From: Gnetum montanum
Lineage: Eukaryota > Plantae > Gnetophyta
DNA length: 64,000 nt
Assembly: GCA_015680685.1 (NCBI GenBank)
Contig: MNCI01002682.1
Location: 1,204,152 to 1,268,151, forward strand
Direction of reading: 5' to 3'
Shown here: piece after piece, positions 38,301-51,276 of the stretch
Numbering within the stretch: position 1 is the first letter of the stretch
How the letters are laid out: every line of letters begins with the position of its first letter
Position numbers and translations under genes: made by a program
The notes under the pieces: generated by a model
Databases searched by the model: none
What the model was told of the DNA's origin: nothing
Seen by the model: the letters and a program-made list of their open reading frames with translations, nothing else

Positions 38301-39810
38301 ATGTGTTGGAAGATACAAGGTTCACTACATTCATGTGGATGATTGGATGGCCATGAATGTGGTACCATTTTCTGTTGTTAACAAGATGGGCTAGCTAAGA
38401 ACATTCAAGAGATGGCTACCTCAACACTCAAGTCATTTAATGATGATGAGTCATGTTTTCTATGTTAGGTCGATGAGGCCTAATTGACATTGCCCTATTG
38501 ATGTGACCCTATTGATGTGGCTATGTCAATGTGGGATTTGATGCATTGATGTAGCCTCATTGATGCAATGTCTATTTTTGGCTATAAATACATGCTCACC
38601 TATCGTGTTTATGGAATCTTTTTGTGATAGTTGTAATAGAGCTCTTGTAGTTTTGTAGTTTTAAAGTTAGAATATTTTTCTAACTATTCTCAACAGGAGT
38701 CAAAGAGTATACAAATCTTTATTCAAGCAATATTCTATCTAAGCACAGTAGTATGTGCAACAATAAATATGAGCTTTTTGATAAACCTTGTAGTACTTTG
38801 AAATAGATTAATTTTTTATTTATGCATTTAATGTTTTATGCAATTTCCTTGAATGATTTAATTAATTAAGTAATCAATTAAGCTAAATTAAATAATGATT
38901 AATTAAGCACATAAGTATGATCACTTCAAGCATATACTTGATGCTTGGTAATCCCAGTAACATGTAACGTTTCGTAACCCAGTAGCGTTAAACGTGTTTA
39001 GAATGTGTATGGCAAGTAGGAATGGATGCTTATGTCAGGATTAGTTAGGTGTAGCTAGTTATATTAAATTAGTAATTTAATTATTTTATTTTATTTTATA
39101 CATTATTGTTTATCCTTGGGTAATTTAAAACATAAAAATGAAAAAAATCATATGCCTCAGTTGCGCTTAACCATACCATTTCATTTCATGTGTAATTGGA
39201 AAGAAAAAAAATTGTAATGGTTAGTTTCACTTCCTAGAGACCAGTGTACTTAGAAGGCTATAAGTCCACACAATTTGATTGAATCACAAGTGAAAGCTTA
39301 GTGATTCATATGGTTGGGCATAGGGTCTACTCACCATTCATCAAATGGCTGACGAGTAGCAATGCAAGGTTTCATATCCTTGGATTTTGTGGCTGGAGAG
39401 CAATTTTTCACATCCACTAACTTCCTAGTAGTTGAAGAGATACATGGTTTCAACTTGATCCTATGAAGTCCATGGTTAGTGAAGCTTTAGGAAGTTTCAT
39501 CCCCTATACATCAAGAGATCCACTTGTTTTACAAGGGAAGGGAAATTTTCATTCGTGGGGACAATGTGTCGATACCATTGGTTAACTATGTCAACATTGA
39601 TGAAGGTTAGGAGGTGGAGTTTCAAGAGGAGATACCTGAAACTCAAATTGGGGCCAATACTATAAGAAATAATAATAATAAGAACAACTATAATGCTAGC
39701 AACAACAACTCTAAAATGATAAATGATCAATGAGAGTACCTACCAATTGCCATGTTGAATAGGATAGATGGTGAGCACAAGATCATGCCAAAGGGGCTCC
39801 TTGATCTATC
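35387..39810 (+). pseudogene. gag: Decayed gag-protease, copy 1 (solo LTR inside PR)
   Basis: RKSRRQRGKNP, KYNEGDPNAYL, RIFPMYLKGKVLEWYQTLPRGSISS, RYCHYHQMASHDT (Cys/His box), IHVDDWMAMNVVP, LKSFNG, NFLVV..FNLIL*SPWL. Confidence 0.85.
38444..39343 (+). mobile_element. Solo LTR, family A, in protease of copy 1
   Basis: TGATGAGTCATG...TTCATCA, TSD AATGA/AATGG. Confidence 0.9.
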
Positions 39811-39962
39811 AAAGGTTAAGTAACAAGTTCATAATAAATGTCTCATCACTTATTTTGTTAGTAGTCATTTTCTATTTTTCACAATGTTGTATCATGCTTC
39901 ATGGTTGATTTTAGCCTTATATGCTATTTTGAGAGCATCCCACACTTACTAGGCAAGTATGA

Positions 39963-40310
39963 ATCATGGCTTGCTAAGGCCTAAAACCGGTAACCCTATG
40001 GCTTGCTAAGGCCTAAAACTAGTAACCCTATCGCCTACCATAGCCTTAAACTAGCAAGCATTGTATGGCCTACCATAGCCTTAAACTAGAAAATATCTTT
40101 ATCTTGTTTACAACTTAGTTTATATCCTTATAGCCTACAAAATAATAGCTTACAATTAGAAATATGAAAATGACGTTTTACAACTGAATATAGGAAAATG
40201 ATAGTTTACAACCAAAAATAGGAAAATGACAATTTATAGCTAAAAATAGGAAAATGATAGTTTATAGGTAAAAGTAGAAAAATAATAGATTGGAACCAAA
40301 AATATGAAAT
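39963..40310 (+). repeat. Two short tandem arrays (~32 bp GGCYTRCYAWRGCCTWAAACTAG type; ~27 bp AAAATAGGAAAATGAYAGTTTACAACC type)
   Basis: Direct reading; 27-bp array is longer in copy 2 (~55960-56210). Confidence 0.8.
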
Positions 40311-41173
40311 AAAAAGGTGAAAACAGAATTTTAGTTTTCATTCCATACTTAGAATAATTTAAAAACACAATCCAAGTTCACAATCCAAAATTCCACAAGG
40401 TGGAATAACAACATTGAAACCAAAAGAAATGCCCATGGAAAATTAGTCATAAATTTTTTTTAATTTGATCCAAACCATTTTTATACCCTTTTTGACATTT
40501 TAGCCTATCCCCAAGATCATGCAACATTAATGGAAAAAATTTTCCAAAGTATCAACATTGCCCATCTTCATAGGTGTAAATGCATAATAGCCTTAGAACT
40601 TTGATTTAAAGTGACTTTATGGAAACATCTATAAAAAATTAATTGCTTAATGAAATTTGATAATTCCATAACCTTTGGAATTGTAAAACCATGAACTAAA
40701 ATCTCATATAAGAAAACATAGAAAATCTTAACTATTTTCTAGAAAAAATTATGGAAGTGACATGACTGTGGCCATCATAGGAAAAAGCCCATTTCATGCG
40801 AGCTGATAGAAACACTTATCAAGAACAAACTATTCATCTAAATACAATGACTCGATAGCCATTGGAATTCTTAAAAAATGATCTAAAAGTTCATAACATT
40901 AAAACTTGAAAATTTATAACCATTTACTATAGAAAAAATTGACAAATTCCTTAAAAAATATGACTAAGCTGGGATGTTTGACTTCTAGGCTTGACTATGT
41001 TGGGGAAGCCTTGGAATATATGACATATTATATCAACTCCCAAAACCAAATTCCAGGCACTCCATCCCTACTAAAAAAATACCATGATCAAGCTAGACAA
41101 GTAAGTGTAGAACTAGGCACAATTTGAGCGGTTAAAAGACATCAAAATTCATTTGAAAACTAGTTTCCCATGT

Positions 41174-43535
41174 GACTATGTTGGCCTAGAGGTGAACTAC
41201 GTTGGTTTAGCATAGCCCATGGTGGAATACACCTCTCCTAGCTCATCTAGCCTTCAATTAACTCCAAATATCCATCTTATCTTTCTAAACCCTAGTCAAA
41301 GCACCCAACAACCTCAAAACTCTATCGAATTCATCCATTGTTGCCACTTTTTCTATTTTTCCTATGACTACTCTAACAAAACCTAGTAACTATGCTGGCC
41401 TAGTGTAGTCATAGGGTTTAGAGGAAGAATCAATCATAGAAACAAGTCTAGATCGTCAAAAATGCACTTTAGAGCCTCAACACCTCCTCAAGACCTCTGG
41501 TGACCTCAGAATGTGGACTAACCATCCAAAAACCTTACAAAAGCCCATGGAAATCCATTTTCAATGTGTAACTACACATGGGATGGGGTGACTACACTGG
41601 GCCAACATAGTCATAGTAGGTGCCCAATGAAGTCCATTCAAAACCTTCAAAATAATCATTTTCAAGTCTAAACCCACCTCTTGAGACCTCAAAACCATAA
41701 AAATAAGATAGAGCTTTCCATGTTTTTCCATTTCTCACACTTTCAACCTTTACTATGTTGAGGGATGGTGTGACTACATTGGGCTAGTGTAGTTCTTGCT
41801 AGAGCATAGTCTAGTCCACTCAAAAATAACCAAAATTGATCAAAAAATACTCAAATTCACTTTCAGTAAACCTTGGGACCTTGTCGAAGCTAATTTTGAA
41901 CTTCTCACTCCATACTTTTTATTTACAACACCCAAACTATGTTGAAGTTTACATGGCTACACAGGGTTAGCACAGCCACCAGTGTTTCCTAGCATAGTCC
42001 ATATTTTAGGGCTCAAACCAAGATAAATTTGATGAAGAAAACATTATTTTCAACTGTAGGACCTTACTAGAACACATTGAGATCATCAAACCTTGCAGTT
42101 AAGATAGAATTTACTATTTTTGACTTTCAAAACCTCAACTATGTTGGGAAAAATTATGAGTACACTAGGTTAGTGTAGTCACTCTTAATATCTAGAATAG
42201 TCCACTCCAAGTTATCCAAAATTGACAGTAAAAAGATCAAATCCACTTTTGACAAACCCCAGAACCTCACTGGAGCTTGAAAGACTATAAAATCATTTTC
42301 CCATCATTTTTGATCATCAAAGCTTGGAATACATTGAAGGAAATTGGAACTATGCTAGGCCAGCATAGTTCCTACCCAAGCCCAGTGTAGTCCACCTACA
42401 TTTGCCAAAACATTGATTAAAATAACTCAAAGTTTACTTGTAATAGTCCTGGGGCCCACTAGAGTCAACTTTAGCAATAAAACTTATTTTTTCTAATTTT
42501 TGAAACCTAGCTACACTAATAGAAAATTAGGACTACACTGGGCTAGTTTCATCCTTGCTAAGGTTGAGCATAGTCCACTTTAGGATGATCAAAACTATCT
42601 AAAAGTGCCAAAATCAACTCCTAGAAGGACCTAGAACCTTGCTGGAGCATGTCCAAATCTTGAAACCTTGGGAAATGAGCCAAGATTCATCCTTTTTAAT
42701 CTTTTATAAATCCAAATTTCTTAACTACATTGAAAACTGCATGCCTAGCATAGTCAGATAGTATTTGAGAGTCCAAGAATCAAACAGGCACCAAAACTAG
42801 CAACTTTGGTACTAAAACCCTAATTGGGAACACCAGTGACCCCAAAATCCCATTAGGATGATCGATAAAGCTCTAAAACTCATCAAAACCCATTTTCCAT
42901 GTAGGACTACATTGAACAAGTTGGTGACTATGTTGGGCTAGCATAGTCATAGTAGGACGGAAAAATGTGACAATAACAATAGATAGTATATCATCCAAAA
43001 TGATTCAAAAAGGACCTATAATGACTAGAACCTTGTCACTTGTCACCCATCTACAGTTTCACTTCATTTTAGCCCTAGAAACATCAAATTCTACTCAACT
43101 AGACTAAGGAAGCCTATGACTATGCTGGCCTAGCATAGTTACAATAGGAAGAAAAAATGTGGCAACAAAAATTAGTAGTATACCATTCAAAATGGCCTAG
43201 AATTACTCAAACCCTACTCCATATCAACCAATTGTAATTACAGTATGTTTTAGCCCCAGAGGTCCCATGAAATCATCTATTCCTTGCAACTATGCTAGGG
43301 CCTACTACCGGGGTGTAGTTACCATTAAGAACATATTTTTCAGCCCTTTAGGAGGTTAAAACAGTGCTAGCACATGTAAATATTGAATACCCACCCCTTG
43401 TGCTAGCTATTTGGATCAGTAGGAGCTAAAAAGTAATGATACTAAGCCTAGGAAACTACCCCTGAATGTTGACTATGTTGGAGAATGCATGAGTATGCTA
43501 GGCTAGCGTAGTCACCAATAGGACCTAGTGTAGTC
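41174..43535. repeat. ~190 bp-period array of four-site palindromic clusters, copy 1
   Basis: 13 clusters starting ~41174, 41366, 41570, 41751, 41935, 42137, 42328, 42510, 42723, 42905, 43099, 43288, 43471; e.g. AACTATGCT-AGGCC-AGCATAGTT at 42348-42370. Confidence 0.9.
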
Positions 43536-45035
43536 ACAATGAAAAGTGCCAATTTTACTTCAAAACAACCTAGGAATGATCCCCTCATGTGTGCAAACTT
43601 CCTTGAGAACCTAATAATTGAATATCATGGCTCACTAAGGCCTAAAATTGGCAAAATATAACCATATTTGACTAGTAATGGTGAAGTTTTACCACATGTA
43701 TTTCATTCTCATTTATTTGACCTTGTGTCATGGTTCTTTAGCTTATTTTTTATATTGTTTTGCACTATTGACTTTAATTTCCATCAATTGAGCTCATATA
43801 GCCTCTACATAATTTCAGTTTCATCATATTTACCTTATTTTCTTTATTATGGCCTTTGTTTTATCCTTTCCTACATCAGTTGGCCCTTGCATTACACTAT
43901 TTGCATTATTATTAATTTATTTTACATTATTTAATAATTTTATTACATAGGTGCCAATTGATGTGCTTATGTTTTCATGCAAGAATGAGGCAAGAGAATA
44001 TGCAAGTAGATTTAACCAAACTTCAGGCCTAAATAAGCTCTTCTTGTGATGTTGTTAAACCAAGTTGACCTTAAATATTCAAATCTTAAGACCTTGAAAC
44101 CATTTTACTCTGCAACCATAACACCTTGAAGTAGCCTGAATACCATTAACCTTGAAGCCAAAAACATCAGGGAGGGTCCCTTAGTCAAAATTCCCATCTA
44201 AGATTAGGATGATGAGGAGAAAATACATAAGACCAAGTTCCTCATTAAAATTTAACCTTGCTCATGGCCTCATCAAGACCTTGCAATGCAACATTAAAGG
44301 TATCACATAGCCTTTATTACATCTAACACTCACATGTTTGCTTGTAGTATTACTTACTATTATTGATAGGTTACAATGGGTGACTAATGTTGATGATTTT
44401 GATGGTCAATAATAAGTGAGCCTACATGATATCTTTTGCATGATAGAGGAACATCTTTCTAAAGCCTGCCAAGGCCTTAAATTGGCAACATGGCTTGCCA
44501 TGACCTTAAATTGGCAACATGTAATCCTTGGTAGCTAGATTTGTTGAACTCTTCTACATGACCTTATGTATTTCATTGTAACAACATGATTTCTTCATTT
44601 GGTTTTCTTATTCTCTTGGAGTTGTGCTTGTAAGGTGATGCTTGGAGTCATCATGGAGGTGCAACTCACTATGGTAGCAAGGCATCACTTGACCTTGATG
44701 TGCAAGATTCTATGAGTTTTCCCTATCATGCCAAGAGTGCTTGTCTCATATCATTTCTATTATCCTTCTCTTGAGCCCAACCTTGTAGCTTGATTATAAC
44801 CTTCCTTGCCTTCGATGATAATGTTCACTAATGTTTGAAACTCATGCACTATGATCATATGACATTACTTCATCATGCTCTACTATCAATTCAATTAAAT
44901 GTAAGGCACTTCATTCAATGGAAAACCATCTATTTTATTGAGTGTAACAGATCTCACTTGATAGGAAAACTAAATTAAAACTAGCTTTGGCAAAGAAAAC
45001 TAATGAAGGTTTCACCTCACAAAAAAAAGAGGTTT

Positions 45036-45061
45036 GGGGGGGGGGGGGGGGGGGGGGGGGG
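45036..45061 (+). repeat. Poly-G tract (26 nt) in 3' UTR
   Basis: Direct reading; equivalent site in copy 2 is the N gap. Confidence 0.9.
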
Positions 45062-45516
45062 AGAAGGGTGAAGAAAGTAAATAGCCAAGGAAGATGAGTG
45101 GACAATGAAGTGTAAAGGACATATTTTTAGCTCCAAATATGTAAATGGATAAGTCTAACAACAAAACTAACCTCAAAGAAAGGTTTTGGTTCCTCACACG
45201 CATTTGCTAAGTGAACCATACATCAAAGCTTGAAGTGTGAAGCTTAAATGGATTAACCAACATTTCTATGCCACATTATAACCATGATGTCAATGCTTGG
45301 AATGCATTGTCAGCCTTCATAACTATTTTCATATGACCTCACTACCATTTCACCATCATAAACTTCTTCCATCATCACAAGTACTCTTGGGCATGGTTTG
45401 ATACTATTGGATCAAGTGGGGAGAGGGAATGCTGGTGATGGACCTGTAGTGGTGTTTTGTATTCTTTGTCAAAATCTCCTAGGTTAATCCTCCAAACATT
45501 AATAAAGAGAGGTGAA

Positions 45517-46834
45517 TGAAACACCACCAAAAATTCATGTTGTAACCTTCATTTCCCAACTTGAGGTATAGATTCATTATAAATGTGAGATATGTAGTCC
45601 ATGAGCTATAATCTTGGATACTTCAACTTTTTGAGGTAAAAAAATGCATCAAAATTTTTTATGACCTTACTTCCCAAGTAGAAAAAGGTCATGCCTATAT
45701 CTGGGTTTGGGAAGGTTGAAAATGGCTTGGGAATAGCTAAAATTAGCATTTCCATGGGGTTTTTAGGGGTAGATCCCTAACTACGCTAGAGAAATCTATA
45801 GTAGACACAATAGCTACAATAGATAGTGGTGTTATAGTAGCTAGCGTAGTCACCACCAAGACCCAACAAAACTACAATGTTGAAGTTATTGAAATTTCCA
45901 TTTTTTCAACAATAGCCAACATAGTCATCCAAATTCTTCAATGGCTAGTGTAGACAAGATTCTTCACTAGGCACAACACTTTTCAATAGACTCCATCATT
46001 TTTGTAGTTTTCAACTTTTTGTACATTTTCCACTAACTTTGCTATTTTTGAAAACCTTAGTGTAGTCCACCAAAGCTAGCATAGTAAGGATGGTGCCAAC
46101 ATAGTCACAAAATTATATTTACTATTTATGGTAAATGAATGGATTTTGTGCCTATAGTTCATACCAGACTTACTATAAATGGTAACTACACTGAAAGTAG
46201 ATGATTGTTGCAATCTGCACATTGACACCAATCTATCAGCAATCATGGTAGTAGTGCATAGATCCAAAAATATCCACACCAACCCTATAAATACCCAATG
46301 TGAACACCATTTTTATGTCCCAAACACTTTTTCATTTCCAAAACTTTGGCATTTTTTGCAACCCTTGGAAGCAGTTCCAAACTTTACACCTATAACATTA
46401 ATTTTGGCATTTTTCACAACCCACAAAATCCATTGCAACCTTATTTTCACTTTTTTGGAATAGAAACTAGCATTACACTCAATAGAGAGACTCCCATGTA
46501 GCTGCCATTGCACCAAAAAGTGAAAATCCATTTTCATAATCACATTGCAGACCCCAGTGGAAACTAATGGATAGTTGCTAGAAACTAAAGCTAGGAAGAA
46601 ACTAGATCATGGAGTTGCAATAGAACATAGCCTACCTTCTCCAATGAACTTCAACCTCATGCAAGCAACTTCTAGTACCCTTGGCACAAAATTAGTACTT
46701 CATGAACCTTATTATTTATTTTTATTTAAATGAAGTATTGTTCATGTTATGCAACTTTTAATTTATGTTTCCATTTACATGTTTGTTTTTGAAGCCTTCA
46801 TTTCCATTTTCAACTTCATTTTTGTTTCCATTTT
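45517..46834 (+). repeat. 3' LTR, family C copy 1 (interrupted)
   Basis: PPT-like AATAAAGAGAGGTGAA then TGAAACACCACC; homologous to 33215-34520. Confidence 0.88.
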
Positions 46835-47745
46835 TGATGAGTAGTGGAGTAATCCAACACCCATTCATACAAGTCACATGTGTGCACATGTGACTAGATC
46901 GTAATCCATGAGCAAGGCAATGTGAATATGCTAGTAATTGGTTACGGTTTGGGATCGTTGTCTTCCCACATGAGCTAGTAAAATTTATGGGTATGATTTA
47001 ACTCATAGTGAAGTATATGATAACTAATGTTGTGTAGGCTATATTAATCCTAGTAAACATGATGAAAGGATAATAATTTCTAAGTTTAAGTAAATAGTAA
47101 ATAAATCTATTCCATACTAAGTTATGGATATTTATTCTTGACTTTCCATACATGGCCTGGGCTTATGTAATCGTTATTAGGATTACCAAGTACTTCACTA
47201 CTGGGTGAACCAAGCGATAGTATTATTGGATTACCAAATGATCACACTTTATCCTTGAAATCAATCATATCCATTCCATATGCTAATCAACAATAAAAGT
47301 AAAGTGCATGGGATAGTAAAAAATTAACTAAGGAAATAGTAAATAGTCATCTATATGAAAATAGTAAACATTATTCTAAGTAAAGCAATAAACTAGGGGA
47401 ATGCCGCAATAGTATGAAATAGCTCAATCTTTATTGTTGGTCAGACTTGTGTCTAAGTACAAGAGGTTTGAATAAAGACTTCATACACTACGTCATACTA
47501 TACTACATGCATTCACACTTCTAATCACTTCAGACTAACTTACAAAAATAAACTGAAAGAGTTTCAGTAAGAGTGGACAAAATTTTGTGTTGGACCATGC
47601 ACCTAAGTGTCATATTTATAGGTAGGCACATGTCCCACAATATTGGATCTAATGTTGTAGCTTGTGGTTTGACATTGGATATGTGATATCACAACTCAAA
47701 TATTGAATACATGATATTGTAGTTGATAAAAAATTCATCTTATCA
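46835..47745 (-). mobile_element. 3' LTR of a family A element inserted in copy 1 3' LTR
   Basis: Minus strand TGATAAG...CTACTCATCA; similar to LTR at 6006; no matching TSD and internal sequence continues to the right. Confidence 0.75.
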
Positions 47746-47954
47746 TACCTCCATGATTAACTAAAAACTTTTCCTCAAGTTAAAAAATATAAGGATAGAG
47801 TTCCTTACAAAATTGAGAGGTAGATTTACATAACTAATTAACTATATACATGATTGTTGAATGCTGCAATGGTGTTTCACAAAAATTGACATAAGACATG
47901 ACATGATAATTTTGAAATAACATAAACAAAAATTGGATGGAGCACGATGTAGCT

Positions 47955-49395
47955 TATATAGTGCTTGGTGGTGGTGGCTCCTGCATTGGTTACTTCCCTT
48001 TTTCATTAGGCTTCTAAAATTTGTATTTATTGAGTAATGCCTAAAGTTTCTCTTTCTTCATTCTAGGGTCATGCACCATGCATGCTCGTTGTGTGATGTG
48101 TAATGGAGCTAGTACATCCCATGGACATGGCAATTCAACAAACATTTGATTGGATTTGACGTACCATGCTACAAAATATCTTCTCTCTTCCTCAAATTTC
48201 TTGGCCTTGGCTCATAACTCATAATAATTAGATAATCTTTGAGCCAAGTTTGTTGGAATGTATTTCTACCCTTGGTAGCTAGCCTTAACTACCTCTAGTT
48301 TATAGTTTGCCATATGAAGTTTCTATAAATCATCTTTTTGATATGCAAACATTTTTTCATATAATGCATACATGGCTACTATTTCCTATTCTAATTTGGT
48401 TTTAGGCCTACCTACTATTAACATGCCTAAGTTATCATAACAAAGGTTAGCTAACCCCTTATATTCTTTTAGATCCTCTATTTGCAAATCTTTATTCTTA
48501 ACTTTCGCTTGATGGATATGGGCCATGCCATTGAAGATGGGCTACCAATTAGGATTTTGTGTTGAAATGGCTTTGATTTGGGCCTTTTCCATTTGAAATT
48601 ATTTCTCATTGATGTACTTATACATGCCAACTTGATCACAAAAGTGCTCTTTAAAACTTTCATGTTTCTTTACCTTATTTTACCATGCACTTATTTCAAT
48701 AACTAGTTTCTGATGGATAGCACATACCTCCTTTATTGAGAGGGTTCTATTTTCTCATGCGAGGTGGATCATGTCTTGGTTAACCCTTACCAGTTGTTTT
48801 CTTAACTAATGGATGCTTTTCTCTAGGATGTTCTTTTATTCCTCCATAGTGGTTAACCATATATTATGTTCAACAAGTTGCTTGTTCTCTTCTTGTGTTG
48901 CTGTGAGTGCCTTAGCATGTGCATACATTTGGGCTTTAGCTACTAAGGAATTTTACATTGCTTTCTCCTTCTCATTCTCCATTTGCTTGTACTGCTTAAT
49001 CAAGGGATTCATCTATTCTATTTTGAATTGCTTCAGCTAGTCAGGATAAATTAAGTGAAATCTCTACATTTAGCTCTCAGGGTTATGAACTCTTCCTATA
49101 ATATGAGGATTTTATTCTCTACATGCTTTGCCCTAGTCTTTTCCATGACTAAATTATCCTTAGTTATAATGAGTTCAGACTATACTACAGTGACATTACT
49201 TGGGATGTTAAAAATAGTTGTCATTACTTATCTAATTTGTAGTAGTCAATCTAACAGATCTTCATGATCTACAAGAGCCATTGATATTTCAGTTAGCATT
49301 TGAGCATCCCTAGCTCTAATCAAATCTACTGGTGGCACAACAAGTACATTAAATAATTCTTTAATGTAATCTATGATCACTTTTGCTACTCCTAT
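47955..49395 (-). pseudogene. Decayed extra 3' ORF (coiled-coil-like) of family A element
   Basis: Long E/K/Q/L-rich frame with stops (KQYKQMENEKEKAM, ATQEENKQLVE, LRKQLVRVNQD; FVELPCPWDVLAP; MQEPPPPSTI*) immediately upstream of a 3' LTR. Confidence 0.55.
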
Positions 49396-51276
49396 TGCAA
49401 CATTGGAGTAGCTAGCATAGTCACCACCAAGACTCAAGAAACGTGCAACATTGGAGTTGTTGGAATTTTAATTTTTTCAATAATAGCTAGCATAGTAATC
49501 CCAAGTCTTCAATGCCTAGCAAAGACAACATTCTCCACCAAGCATGACACTTTTCAATGGACTCCACTATTTCCACAGTTTCCAACTTTTTGCACATTTT
49601 CCACCACTTTTATCATTTTCCAACAACCTTAGCATAGTCCACCAAAGCTAGTGTACTATGGATGGTGCTAGCATAGTCACAAAGGTCCATTTACTATTTA
49701 TAGTAAATGGATGGGTTTTGTGATCATAGTTCATACCAAACTTACTATAGATAGTAACTACACTAAACATAGATGATTGTTGCAACTTGCATGTTGATAC
49801 TAATCTATCAACAATCACAGCAGTAGTGCATAGATCCAAAAATAGCCACACCAATCCTATAAATACCCAACGTGAACATCATTTTCATGTTCAAAACACT
49901 TTTTGCATTTCTAGGACTTTAGCATTTTTGCAACTGTTGGTAGTAGTTCTAAACTTTACACTCATAACAACAATTTTGGCATTTTTCATAACCCAAAAAA
50001 CCCATTGCAACCTTACTTTCACTTTTTGGTAGTGGAAATTGGCACTATGCTATGCATAGAGACTTTCATGTAGCTTCCATTGCACTAAAAAGTGAAAACC
50101 CATTTCCATAACCACATTGTAGACCCTAGTGGAAATTGATGAAAAGTTGCTAGAAATTGGAGCTGGGAAGAGACCAGATCATGGAGTTGTAGTAGAACAT
50201 ATCCTACCTTCTCCAATGGACTTCAAGCTCCTACAAGAAACTTCTAGTACCCATGGCATAAAATTCATACTTCATGAATCCTATTCTGTATTTTTACTTA
50301 AATAAACTATTATTCATGTTGTGCAAGTTTTATTTTGTGTTTTAATTTCTACATTTGTTTTTAAAACCTTCATTTTTGTTTTCAACTTCATTTCTATTTC
50401 CATTTTCAAAGCTATTTACCTTTCTATTTATGTTTATGTTTATGTTTTCATTCTTGTTTCTTGATTTCATCTACATCTACATTTATGTCTTAACTACCAT
50501 TTTCATTTACATTTTATAAGTCCCTAGGTAATTGGCAAGACTGTCTAGGGCACCCTGAATCATGTTTTTTTGGAGGCTCTTGGGATTCGGGGTTAAAACT
50601 ATTCTAGTGCTTGAATCTTTTCGTTTCCATTCTAGCAAATAAAATTTTCAACACCAATAGATTTTGGGTGCTAAAAGGAGGGACTTAGCCCAAATTCTTG
50701 GCCAAAAACCTTTTTTCAACTATCACATTTTCAAAATTTGAAGTTTGTAAACATATTTCATGAAAATCTTGTAAACCAACGTAGTTGGGTTTTCATTGTA
50801 TTTTTATAGTAGTTGTTGGAGTTCTAGGTGCTGGCGTAGTCTACCTAGAAAATCCAAATCTAGAGAAATCAAATTCCATGTGCTGGGAAATCCAGTAGAA
50901 TAAACCACATTTTCTACTCCCCCCATCCAACGTAGTTGCTTGAGATTTTCCATTCCAAAATCCAATTACATTGGGAAAATCAATTTCCATCAAGAAAACC
51001 TAATTTTGTTAGGAAAACCCATTTATGTTGGGAAAACTCAATTCCATTGGGAAATCCAATCCTATTGGGAAAATCCAATTCTGTTGGGAAAACCTAATTC
51101 CATTCAGTGAATAAACCATTTTTTTCCCATGTTCAACACTTAGTAGCAGTTTCCTAATGCTTTTTCCATTTTTAGTCAACTATGTTAGTGGATTATCCTA
51201 CTTATTATGTTTTTACTAAAAATAGTAAAAAAGGTAAAATTGCATTTTCATCATCTCTTTTAGTTGATCAACCATC

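Larger units (their letters stand above)
33215..46834 (+). mobile_element. Family C element copy 1, non-autonomous (gag-PR present, RT-RH-aRH-INT deleted)
   Basis: 5' LTR 33215-34771, PBS, gag, PR, spacer, deletion junction ~44312, 3' LTR from 45517 interrupted at 46834. Confidence 0.9.

Noticed and set aside
41174-43535. CRISPR-like array (palindromic repeats with unique spacers)
   Set aside because: Eukaryotic retrotransposon context, ~125 bp spacers, degenerate repeats, no cas genes
45414-45440. AAGTGGGGAGAGGGAA as PPT with LTR starting at TGCTGGTG
   Set aside because: Homology to the 5' LTR begins only at TGAAAC (45517/33215); copy 2 has CA rather than TG here
46835-47745. Solo LTR
   Set aside because: Flanks ATTTT and TACCT do not match and internal coding sequence continues on one side
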